Part shown: positions 27,333 through 39,676 of the stretch, in pieces
Layout: the number at the start of each line of letters is the position of its first letter
How positions within the stretch are numbered: the stretch's first letter is position 1
From: Octopus vulgaris
Taxonomy: Eukaryota
Assembly: GCA_951406725.2 (NCBI GenBank)
Contig: OX597816.1
Location: 135,408,001 to 135,472,000 of the forward strand
DNA: 64,000 nt
Reading direction: 5' to 3'
Made by a program: the position numbers and the translations under genes
The notes under the pieces: model-generated
What the model was told of the DNA's origin: nothing
The model's database searches: none
The model's input: only the letters and a program-made list of their open reading frames with translations

Positions 27333-27829
27333 CAGGGTGTCTCAGAATTAACTATTTCAATAAAACTGGGCAATTTAAAAAAAAAAACTGAAAGACATTT
27401 ATGTTTATTATTTAATTATGATGCCAAAACAAATAGATTTATAAATCTTACCTCAAAACTTTATTGAAAATTTTCAACATGTGTTCCGTCTGTATCCCTT
27501 CAAATTCCAAATCCATCCTTAGCGTTGCGAAACATTTTCAAGCATTTCAGGAATTATCTCCTGCACTGCTAACTGAATGCGTTCTTTCAATTCAGCTAAA
27601 CTATTACTCCATGCTGGGGGTGGAGATTAAGAAAATGATTGCAACCAAATTTTTTTTAAAAAGCGGGATATAACAGGAATGAGAATAAAACCATAAAAAT
27701 TATAAGTTAAATACAAAATTTTAAATTTATACACTTTTAGCACGTATTAAACATGATAAACATAAATAAAAATGAATTTTTTTTTTATAATTGTCCGATT
27801 TCACTGAAATATTTAATTCTGAAACACCG
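27333..27829. mobile_element. Tc1/mariner-superfamily deletion derivative
   Basis: TA + CAGGGTGTCTCAGAATTAA ... TTAATTCTGAAACACC, with about 100 bp of diverged inverted arms. An internal minus-strand PEMLENV... peptide resembles a transposase C-terminus. Confidence 0.7.
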
Positions 27830-29664
27830 TTTTTATAACACTTCTATGAAAACTTTTTTCAATTTTCATCATAATCTAGTTTCGTTAACTTAGCTCATGC
27901 GTTTAGACCGGCAGAGTTCTGATCGAAGCACACCATATAACTGGGCATAACATTTTTCGACATTTTTTTTTCAGATTTATATTTAGAAACCTCAAGGATT
28001 ACGATTTTACAAAAAGAAATTTAGTTTAATATGTCCATCCCCATTTAAACCTCTCAATTTATTAGAGTTTTAATTTCTTTATTTTTACTATTCGTCTTTC
28101 AAAAATAATTTTTGAAAATGAAAATGTGATGCACAGTTTCGCGCATCCGCGAAGCACAATAGAAACGCCAGTTTCTTTCACTTCGTTTCTGTAGACACAA
28201 ATGATGAAAACTTCTTACTTTGTGTGTGTGTGTGTGTGTGAGTGGAAAATGGAAAATCATTTATGTGGTTGTTGCTGTTCCAAAAGCATATGATGGTGGG
28301 GTGGGGGGAATGGAGTCACTAACATTTAAAAGACATGGATTCTTCTCTTAAAACGGCTTCCCTTCATTGTTTTGCAATGTGTGAAAAAAAACGTGGAGGG
28401 AAATCCTGATAAAAACAGGAAAATTCAAACAGCTATTTCTGAATGTCTGCTTTTTCAATTTCCAGTAGGCTTCGGTGGGGCACAGTGAGTAATATTTACG
28501 GAATATTTTAACTTAAAAATAAAAGTACTTTTTACAAATGTTCACTACCTTGCAAAAGCTATATCAGTAAAGACCTCTAAGTGCAGTAAAACATATTCAG
28601 AACACTATTTCAGAAAATTATCAGTTCTCTTTGAGCATATAAAATACAAATTTAGGCGAGGCAAAATGAGTAAGACAAGATAAAGTAAATTTGTTTTTCC
28701 AATTTTCTAGAATTACATTTGAAAAAAAGATTCATATACATAAACATCCATCCTTAGACACCAGAAAAAACAGAAATGCTACAAAAATTTTTAATATTTT
28801 GGTCAAATGAAAGATCATAGAAAAATAGCACATTATATGAAATTAATGAAACCCAACTAAATCTAAAAACTCAACATAAAATATTCTCTATAGCTTGTTC
28901 TTGATCTGCTGGAGTAGCTTCTTCCATACATATTTTTGCACTAAGCAGTTAAAGCGAAGTAATTACTAAAATTAATCATTACTCATTTTGCCCCAATTTA
29001 GCCTTTTTTATATCTTGAAGATTATCAAATTAGATATTAGTTTGAAAGAAAAATTATGTAAAATCAAACAGAGAAAAGAATATTGATGGTTAAACATCAA
29101 AAATTATCCAGATATTCTTTTATCAACCTCAATTACAATCAAGTCAAATTCGAAGGAAAATTTCTTGAAACAAAAAAGTACCTTGTCACTTATGTTTCAA
29201 ACTTTCAACTTCAACAACAACTATGTAAACTATACTGACCAATTTTTACTCCAAAAGATGATGCAACGGTACAAAATGGAGATGCAATAGTTGCAATGTA
29301 ATGGTTTCTAAACAGTTAGGGAAAAAATAAAACAAGAAATCAGAAATTATTCATTTTGACCTAGTTACCAATCTTGTCCCACTTCTATATGGTAATTTCA
29401 AGTGTTTAACAGAATAATGTAAAATATAGGAAAAAATATGAAAGAAAAAGGGTTTGATTTAATGGAAAATATGTGAATATATATGCAATAATTCTAAAAC
29501 CGAAAAAGAATGCTTTTAGCTGTTGGGAGATGTAATTTTATAATTAAAACTAAATTCAAAATTTATATTTTGAAACATTTCCTTACTTGTTTCATAAAAT
29601 AAGACAAGTTTTCAATGCCTCACTGAAATAAGTTTAGAAGTAGAAATGTGTGTATGTATGTGTT

Positions 29665-29695
<31 letters not shown>

Positions 29696-30360
29696 CGCAC
29701 GCACGCGCTTGTGCCTTTAACTATTATTGGTCAAGCCAAGGTTATTGTTCAGTGATGCATTGAATGAAGGAATCTGACAATAACTTCTTTCTCTCAATCT
29801 CCTTATCTTTATATACATTAATACTTACACACACACAAACACACACACACTCATTTTTAGGAGTTTCCCTTTTCTCTGTCTTTGTCCCAAAAGCAGCAAC
29901 AATTCCCTTGAGAATTGTAAGCTGCCTTGGGACTGAGTAGTAAACTGCTTTTTAATTGAATTAATTGATATCTCTAAGGTGGCAAAATCTATGGTTGTTT
30001 ATCATAAAAGAGAATCCATTACATTTTTTAAGAACTCAAGATACTTTTGTATATTGAAAGAGAGCTTTTTCATGCCTGATTGCTGAGAAGTGGGAGTCAT
30101 CCTCTATAAAGTGCTACAAGCTCATTGTTGCAGGGTGGCCCCTGTATCACAAATGCTTGGGCACTCGCCCCCTCCACACCCCTATAAATCTGGCCCTGCC
30201 TTTCTTACCACTTTGTTCCACATCTTCCTGAGTCTATCTCTTCCACATAAAACATTCATCTCAATTTTAACCACATCATGGTCATGGCAAGTTAATTTTT
30301 TTTACCCATAATTTAAGAAACTAATGTGCAATGTGACTAAAGTTTGCAATCTGAGTTTGC

Positions 30361-32371
30361 ACTTAATCTTGTGAAAACTGGCAGCAACAGAACATGAACA
30401 ATACAGTAATTATGTACTCCCAAGAAAACCTTCAGACATAACCTTTAATGACACAATAGATATAGTGTGTAAAATTTTCAGTGAAAAAGGCTCATTCTTC
30501 AACATACATTGTAAGCATCTGAACATAGAGAAAAACAATGATGAGAACTACATCACTTATGCTGGTAGAGTAAACAGGAAATGCAAGAAGTTTAAGCTGG
30601 ACAAATTAAATCCAGATATGTTCAAATGGGACTTACTGCTGAAAAGGATGCAAAAGTTAGAACTAGAATTCTTGCAAAGCTGGAACAAAACCAGGATGTA
30701 AACCTACAGCAAGTGTCAGAAGAATGTGAAAGGATAGTCAAATTAAGACACAACACTGAGAAAATTGAACATAAAGATTGTTTCCAAGTAAAGCAAGTGT
30801 GAAACAGTCAGAATAGAGATAAAGTGTTTTCTAAAAAACACGACAAAAACCAGGAAATAAACCCATGTTTTGCATGTGGAGGTATACACCTCAGGAAAAA
30901 TTGTCCATTTAAAAAAAAACGGAGTGCTTTTGTTGTAGAAATATAGGACATAAAGATACATTGTAGAACAAAGAGGACAAAATGACAGAACAAAGGAAAA
31001 AGAATAAATAGTATGTCATCAGAAGAAATAGGAAATATAACAATGAGGAAATTCACGAAGGTGAAAATCAGAAATACAAGTGTTAAAATGTAATTGGACA
31101 CTGGTAGTGGCATCACCATTATAAATGAAAAAACATGGAAATATGTTGGTAAGCCAAAATTAATTAAATCTAAAAATGTAGCACATGGTGTTACAGGATA
31201 AAAAATTATATTTTCTTGGTGAATTTGCATGTAGTGTAAGATTTCAAGATCTTAGAAAAAAGGCAAAGATTTATGTGTTAAAAAATTCAAAAATTTGACA
31301 CAGAGTGGATGGAACTATTCAATATATATATGGAAATATAATCGGTTCAGTCAAAAGTTCAAATGAGACCAAGGGACTGAAACAAAAAATTGCAGTAAAT
31401 TTCATGTAAACCAAAATGAAATAAAACATTGCCCTATGATAAAAAGTAAACATTCTTGGCCTTTAAATGGTTCTTACTGCTTAGTGGTAGTTGATAGTTT
31501 TTCGAAATAACCTGAAATTCACAAGTGTAAAAAACCAACCTCCTCAAGTATGATAAATTTTTTATAGGAATTGTTTGCAAGATTTGGCATCTCAGACAAG
31601 ATAGTTGTCTGACAATGGAATGCAGTTTGTGTCTGTTGAATTTTTTTAAATTTGTGAAACTTTCGTGGTAGAACATATAACTACAGTGCCATACCATCCC
31701 AGATCTAATGGACAAGTAGAACACTTTGTTGATATCTTCAAAAGAGCCCTTAGAAAATCGAATAAGGAAGTCACAGATGAAGTAACTCTACTACAATTTT
31801 TAAGAGTGTACCATGTGATACTAAACCTGAATACACCAGGAGCTAACTCACCAGCAGAGCTGATGTTTGCAAGGAAAGTGAAATCAGTCTTTGATAAATT
31901 GCTACCTGACAAGAAAAGAAAAAGTGCCAGGGATGACATAGCTAAATTCTTTAAAGTTGGCTGAAAGGTGTATATGAGGGCATACAAGAATGGAAAGCAG
32001 AGTTGGGAAGATGGTGTAATTACTAAATGCATAGGTAAAATGATGTATTGAGTAAAAAGTAGAAAAGGCACAGAAAAGAGACACAGGAACTAACTAAAAA
32101 AGATATTCGTAGAAAGCGAACCAAATAAGTTATAGGAACCGATGAAATGGTTGTATGATATGTCCCAAGTATCAATGCCACTACAGGTGATTGAACCCAG
32201 GTGTACAAGTGAAAAGAAAAGAAAACATACAGAGTTCCTGAAAATAGATGCCAATTGCAAAAAAAGATTAAATTGTATGACAAAAATACTAAAAAAAAGG
32301 GGAGGTGGGGTGAATAAAAAAAATTTTGCTAAATAAAATGACACTTCCTAAGAAAAACTTAAAAGGGGAGA
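30361..32371 (+). mobile_element. Decayed, internally deleted Gypsy (K02A2.6-like) LTR retrotransposon
   Basis: gag (EHEQYSNYVLPRKP...KIFSEKGSFF; CFACGGIHLRKNC), protease (LDTGSGITIINEKTW) and integrase (SDNG; PYHPRSNGQVEHFVDIFKRAL; SPAELMF) fragments. RT/RNase H are absent. A PPT-like AAAAGGGGAGA lies at about 32361-32371. Confidence 0.85.
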
Positions 32372-32399
32372 TATACGGAATTAGTAATAATGGTAGACC

Positions 32400-33545
32400 C
32401 CGCCCACGTAACGAATGGAATAACTTAGCCACTATAAGTAAAGAGAGTACGTAGTAGGCAGTCAGTGATAGTCGTGTCTCCAGAGTTGTCGAGTCATTTG
32501 ATTCCCTGTTGTAATTTGCTGTTAGTCACTTCACGTAAGTCGCTTGTTGCTTAATTGTTGAAGGTCTACTGTACCTAAGTGTTGAATTATCGAAATTGTT
32601 GTTCGTTACCTGTTAATTTTTGTTTTCTTCCCCATTTATGGGTGAAGTTGTTACTAACGAAGTAATGCAGAGTCAACCAGTTCCAGCAGGCAGTTAATCT
32701 GCAGTGACTGGGAAAAGTTTGACAGCAGATATTTTACAAGTAAGAGAGGTGAAGATAGATGAGATGAATTTAAAAAATGTCAACAAACTGATAGCGAAGG
32801 AAGAAGACAGACTGTGGTTGACTCCGCCGAAGGAAATAGTTGAAAGGACAGTGATTTACAGAATGCTGTCTATAGCTACCAAAATGATTGAGATAGCTGC
32901 AACGGAGGTAGTGGAAGAATGTATAAAAGAAATTAAGAGCCTCACAACGTTTTATTCTAAAGACAAGAAATATGGTACAGTGGAGGTTCGCTTCGCGAGC
33001 GAACAAGAGGCGATAAAGCACTCCACTGTGCCTTTGAGATCGTCTGAGTGAGTACTAATGCCAACCTACTGTGACAAACGTGCGACCAGAGCTAGGTTGG
33101 TAGAGTGCCCCCGGAAATTGATGAGGCATGGCTGGTGGCAGCCATCCTCTACAACACAGAAGAGGAGACGAAAATCTTCAAAATTACAAGAATAACAAAG
33201 GTAAACTGGTGGGGATACGGCCTTGAGGTGACGGTCCAAATCAGTTTACCAGACCTCCTCAAAATTGCAGAAGAGGTAGTATTACCCGACGAGATGAAGC
33301 TAAGAATGGTAGTGGAAGGAAGACCTCTCATATGCTTTCAGTGTGGAGTACGGGGACACATGAAGGCTAAGTGTCCCCAGAAACATGAAGAGGAAGTAAT
33401 GGAGAGGGAACACCAAGGAGAGGAAGAGGTTCAAAGCGTAAAGGAACAAAAGCCTGTAGAATATATGGAAGAAAGGTATACAGTGGTGAAGAGAAAGAAG
33501 AGAGAACTCACCATCAAAGAGTCCCATGAAGAAAAGGAAAGGGAG
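32400..33545 (+). mobile_element. 5' part of an L1/Tx1-like LINE: 5'UTR plus disrupted ORF1 with zinc knuckle; 3' portion missing at the RTE junction
   Basis: ORFs 32704-33051 and 33105-33548 join across one stop and one frameshift into an RRM-like region plus VVEGRPLICFQCGVRGHMKAKCP (CX2CX4HX4C) and a charged tail, as in L1/Tx1 ORF1. Confidence 0.65.
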
Positions 33546-35640
33546 TGATACTTCACTCAGACCGCCTCATCCATACACAGTACATGACTATACCAGAGCA
33601 GTTGTCTCTCTTGCACATTACATCTGATGCTTCTTATGTCCAACATTTCTCTCAGGGCGATTGTATTCTGTCGTGTGTGCACACTGATATTACACATCCA
33701 ACGGATCATACTACCTTCATTTCTTTCAAGCCTACGGATGTCTTCAGCAGTCACGGCGCATGTTTCGCTGCCGTGTAGCAGTGCACATGCATGCATCATA
33801 CAATCTACCTTTCACTCTGGGCGAGAGGTAGGAGCTTTCAGAACTTTGCCAAGACTATTCTTATTCTAGTGGCAACGCTCTCCAAGCATCCACACCACTA
33901 CAGAATTGGTCACCTAGGTAGCGGAAGCTATCAATTATTTCTAGTTTCTCGCCCTGGCATGTGATGGAATCTGTTTTCTGAGCATCTGCAGTGTTTATTA
34001 CCCCTGTGCATCTGCCGCTCACAAAAAACTATCATCTCGGTTAACCTTACGTGTTGTTGCCCCTCTTATGCGTCCATAGCTTACAATGGGTACATCTTAT
34101 GGAGTTTCTACCTACACCTTTTCTACAGATTGAACAGGGCCATCTATCTGAAGGGATTTGTGATGTGTTCGCCTTCCTACTTACTAGGACTTTGGTTTTT
34201 GCAACATTGACTCTAAGGTTCTTCGATTCTTGCTTGCTCACCTGAAATTTCTTCTCTAGTTCTGGCAGTGCTTTCGCTATGAGAGCAAGGTCATCAGCAT
34301 AGAGGAGCTGTCTTGAATTCCTGTTATTGCCTAGAGGACTATGATGAATAAGAGGGGGCTGAGGGCTGATCCTTGGTGAACCCCTACTTCTACCCGGAAT
34401 TCTTCACTAAATTCATTGCCGACGCTTACCTTACTAACGGCATCCCTGTACAGGGCTTGTACCTCTCTTATTAACCACTCGTCAATCCCCAGTTTCTGCA
34501 TTATCCCCCAGATAAGGGATCGGGAGACCCTGTCAAAGGCTTTCTCCAAGCCAACAAAAGCCATATATAGGGGTTTATCTTTGGCTAGGTATTTCTCCTG
34601 CAGTTGCCTTACCAGGAATATAGCATCAGTGGTGCTTCTACCTGACACAAAACCGAACTACATCTCATCTAAGTGAATTCTCCCCCTAATTAGTTGGGCT
34701 ATGACCCTCTCCGTGACCTTCATCACCTGATCCAGCAGTTTGATACCCCAGTAGTTATTTCTATCTAAAGCATCACCTTTACCTTTGTAGCAGTTGACTA
34801 TGGTGTTGCTACGCCAGTCATTGGGTATAACTCCTTCGTGAACTAGCTGGTTTACAATACGGGTGACTAGACCATAACCCACACCACCAGATGCTTCAAG
34901 CATCTCAGCAGTGATACCTGATAGGCCGGGGGGCTTTTCCTGACTTCATATCTTTTATGCTTTATTCACCAGAGTGCTATCTATTCAGGTAGCTAGTCCC
35001 TCTACTGTGTCAGCATTTGGCAGGCTCTCCTCCTCCCATTCATTCTCCACATTCAGCAGCTTCTCCATAATGGCTTTTCCAAGCCACTTTATTTGCAGAA
35101 TCATTAAAAGGAAATGCACCATCATCCATGCGGACACATTTCTCTCCTGTAACATCACAATTTTCTCTCACACACTCTTGCAATCCGGAATACTTCAGTT
35201 CTTTGGCCCTCACGTCGCTGAACATTGACAAACTTCTTTTCTTCTGCTTCTGCCTTGGCTATGTCACCCAGCCTCCCTTCTGGTTATAAGGTACAGTTCC
35301 TTGCTACCCCCACGCTTCCAGGTTTTCCAGGCATGTTTCTTTGCTCTAATGGCCTTGTCTACCATATTATTCCACTACCATGTTACTCTAGAACTGGAGG
35401 GGACTTTGCACCAGCTGTAGATTTGGTGTAGTACTCAGTAAGCTGTCCCGTAGGAATTTCCAGTTACCCTCAATATCCGAAGTCTGTAGCTCCTCTTCCT
35501 TCTCATCAAAATTTGCAATGAGGATGTCCCTAAATCTGTGAGCATGTGAAAGCTTCTTCAGCTTTCAAATCCTTCTTTTCTGGATTGGTCTGCTTCTTGG
35601 CATCCTTCTGGCCTCAGGTCTAAAGTCACAAATAATTAAT
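33546..35640 (-). mobile_element. Degenerate RTE-clade LINE
   Basis: Frameshifted fragments GRSTTDAIFLVRQLQEKY, LEKAFDRV, VGVHQGSALSPLLFIIV, LLYADDL (about 34290-34308), WPCSICRKGVGRNSIRC and LHGSETCAV...ERNEGSMIRWMC. Confidence 0.9.
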
Positions 35641-35929
35641 CTATACTATTTAAGAGCAACCTTGCATCTCGCTGTCTGGTGATGATGAAATCAATCAATG
35701 CGAAAATAATTGATGCATATGTGATAGTAATAGAGGCAAAGTTAGTAAGTCTTACATTAAATTTTGTTCTTCAGCTGGTAATTTCGCTCGGGAGAGGTTT
35801 CATTGTAGTAGATTGGTTAGCTTCGTTGCGCAATTAGAGCGGGCTGCGTATTATTTTGGTGTGTGGTTCCGAGTTTGACTAAGTACATTTTTTCGCACGT
35901 GCGTATTAAATTGGCTTAAGTCATACATA

Positions 35930-35988
<59 letters not shown>

Positions 35989-35990
35989 TT

Positions 35991-36101
<111 letters not shown>

Positions 36102-36164
36102 CATACATATATATATATACATATATATATACATATATATAGATACATACATATATACATATGC

Positions 36165-36220
<56 letters not shown>

Positions 36221-36612
36221 TGAGATCCCCTTCGGTCTTGGCTGACCATGGGATTGCACCTAAGGAAATTACCCTCCCAGACACAAGTCCGGGCAAGGTT
36301 GTTTACGGAAGACGCACATGTATACCAGCCTCCCCTCTCCACGCCACCAGCGTTATCCAAGGGAAAGGCAAATGCCGATACACCTTGGCACCTGTGACGT
36401 CGCAACTCATTTCTACAGCTGAGTGAACTGGAGCAGCATGAAATAAAGTGTCTTGCTCAAGAACACAGTACGCAGCCCGGTCCGAGATTCGAACTCACAA
36501 CTTTACGATCGTAAGCTCGACACTCTAAGAACTGAGCCATACACACACACACACACATATATGTACATACATACTTATACTTTATTTTAAGCAGCAGAAA
36601 ATTCAACAAAAT

Positions 36613-36650
36613 CTGTTACTCTGAGTTTCTCGTTGCCGTTCATCAGACAG
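36613..36650 (-). ncRNA. Minimal type-I hammerhead ribozyme motif (Penelope-like terminus)
   Basis: On -: CTGT-CTGATGA-ACG GCAA CGA-GAAA-CTC A GAG-TA-ACAG. Core is complete, stem I is CTGT/ACAG and the site is GUA. Confidence 0.72.
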
Positions 36651-36992
36651 TTTTTGCTAGAATGGAACCGATATATCAATTCAATCTAGACTCTTACAAA
36701 CGCTACACCTTTAAAAAGAAATGGACTTGTTTGATTGGCCCTTTAGAAAAAACGGTCAATCTTCGAGCGATAAACAAAAAAAGCTCAAAAATATATGTAT
36801 ATATATATAAAAAATTATAAAAATTATAAAATTCGAGGAAAAAGCCTTACATTGAATAAAATACATATTGACGTTAATGAAGAAAGTATAATTAATGCAT
36901 AGAAATTAAGACCTATTATAAATATTACACTACAATACATATTTATATTAAAGTGTACATATATATATCAACATACACAGAAGGATGCGTAC

Positions 36993-37065
<73 letters not shown>

Positions 37066-37066
<1 letters not shown>

Positions 37067-37370
37067 CTTTATATATAAAATTGAAGTTGTGTGTGTAAGA
37101 CTCTGTCTCCTCCGATTTAGATTCCTAACTACTCCCACATTTTGCGGTGCAGTTTAACCAAAAGCGGGTATCTTATAGTCGTCATTCATATCGAGCCCTT
37201 CTGGGTATTAGTGCGCGTCTACGATGAGTCTACGATTTAAAAAAAATTTACCATAATTTTTCCGCATTTTTAATGATTTTTGCTTGAGTTATATAAGGGA
37301 AGTAACTCTCTAAAATGCTTATATAGTTATTTCCCTTACAAACCCGAGCAACGCCGAGCGATACTGCTAG
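37066..37370 (+). mobile_element. Non-autonomous Helitron (same family as 57526-58035)
   Basis: A|TC start; 3' CCCGAGCAACGCCGAGCGATACTGCTAG|T. Confidence 0.85.
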
Positions 37371-37407
37371 TATATACAAACATATACATGCATATACACA
37401 CACATAT

Positions 37408-37453
<46 letters not shown>

Positions 37454-37473
37454 TTTATATACATTGATATATA

Positions 37474-37848
37474 TTAGGTTGTCAAGAAAGTTCTTGCGGA
37501 ATTTTAAATTTTGGTTTTAAATGATGTATTTTCAAATTAATTTTCGTTAAATTACTTTGACTTTATATATCATTTCAAAGCCCGTTTTTCGCTCTATTTA
37601 ATCGTGTTACTCTTTCCAGAACGTTGAATACAACATGGACAAAAAGCTAATTCGCACAATCTTCTTGTTCCAGTTCAAGCTAGGCCGAAAAGCTGCTGAA
37701 ACAGCTCGCGATATCAACGATGCGTTTGGTTCAGGAACCACTAATGAACGTACAGCACAATGGTGGTTCAAGAAATCTCGTAGCAGGGACGAGAGTCTTC
37801 AAGATGATAAGCGTAGTGGTCGGCCATCGAATATTGACAACGATCACC
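37474..37848 (+). mobile_element. Mariner (Hsmar1/SETMAR-like) 5' fragment: left TIR plus N-terminal HTH of transposase
   Basis: TA + TTAGGTTGTCAAGAAAGTTCTTGCGG TIR. ORF MDKKLIRTIFLFQFKLGRKAAETARDINDAFG...TAQWWFKK...RSGRPS is truncated before the DDD domain. Confidence 0.9.
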
Positions 37849-38492
37849 CACGTACTTGCGTGCATGTGTATGCATGGACATGCGCGCATACGCGTTTCCT
37901 ATGAGCATTTTTACTCCACTTTTTATATTCTTATTGCTTTATATTTTTTACATATTTCGCTGTACTTTACCTTTCACCATCTTTTTTCTTGTGAATGTAC
38001 ATAAATAGACGTGTATATTAATCTTTTTGTGCGCGTGTGAGCGTGTGTACGGGTATATATATATATTTTTTTGCGAATGTGTGGATGCGCATGTGTGTGT
38101 TTGAAACGAGTGTGGATGACCATATGCATATAGGCACATGTACGTGAGTGTGCGTGCACGCATGTGTATGTATGGACATGCGCGCATACGCGATTGCTAT
38201 GAGCATTTTTACTTCTTTACTTTTTACTACCTACCCATCAGTTTTTTACCTTCATTTAACGGTCAATCAAATAGTAGTTTCCCTTTGTTTAATGGTATTT
38301 TTCATAGCATATTTCCATTGCTTCGATAACTGAAGAGATGCCGGAGCGGATTTCCGCCCCGACATCCGAAACTTTGAATTTTATCATGGCAACCGAATAA
38401 TTGTCACATATATTTGCAGATAAATTCCTCTATTTACGTAATATTGAGTTCTCTTTCATTCTTTTGTCATTACTATCAATATACATACATAC

Positions 38493-38590
<98 letters not shown>

Positions 38591-38637
38591 TATACATATA
38601 TATAACATGTATGATATATAAATATATATATGTGTAA

Positions 38638-38690
<53 letters not shown>

Positions 38691-38713
38691 ATAGAAATAT
38701 TAAAATTACTAAG

Positions 38714-38841
<128 letters not shown>

Positions 38842-38910
38842 CATATATATATATATATGACATATATATATATATATATGACATATATATATATATACAT
38901 ATATATTTAC

Positions 38911-38960
<50 letters not shown>

Positions 38961-39072
38961 TGGCCACAGCTCATAAGCTGAAACTAGAATCAATCAATCA
39001 ATCATATATATGACATATATATGGCATTTATATATATATGTATGATATATATATATATGTATGATATATATA

Positions 39073-39132
<60 letters not shown>

Positions 39133-39153
39133 ATATATATATATATATGTTTG

Positions 39154-39189
<36 letters not shown>

Positions 39190-39354
39190 ATATATGGCAT
39201 TTATATATATATGTATGATATATATAATTAATTAATAAGGGTGAGAGAATTAGATACTAATTTAATAGTATATTTATTCAACACCAAGTGGCCCAGTGCT
39301 ACGAGAAACCTGGATTATTATAATATTTTATAACATATTATAATATTTTGACAA

Positions 39355-39651
39355 AATAAATATAAGAGAGTGGTCACTATATTGCTCACTCTAGCACCAG
39401 TTAATCCAAAAGGTTTCAACCACGAAAATACATGTTTCCCATGAAAGTCAGTATGACTGTTAGCTCACACGGACAGGGCAAATAAAAAATAACAAAAATA
39501 CAGATTATTTTTGTTATTTTTTATTTGCCCTGTCCGTGTGAGCTAACAGTCGTACTGACTTTCATGGGAAACATGTATTTTCGTGGTTGAAACCTTTTGG
39601 ATTAACTGGTGCTAGAGTGAGCAATATAGTGACCACTCTCTTATATTTATT
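39355..39651. repeat. Near-perfect palindrome, 146-bp arms, 5-nt spacer
   Basis: 39355-39500 is the reverse complement of 39506-39651 with one visible mismatch; the spacer is CAGAT. Confidence 0.95.
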
Positions 39652-39676
39652 ATGTATGATATATATATATATATAT

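Noticed and set aside
37635-37904. SETMAR-like host gene
   Set aside because: It is only the N-terminal 70 aa of a mariner transposase behind a TIR, with no SET or catalytic domain.
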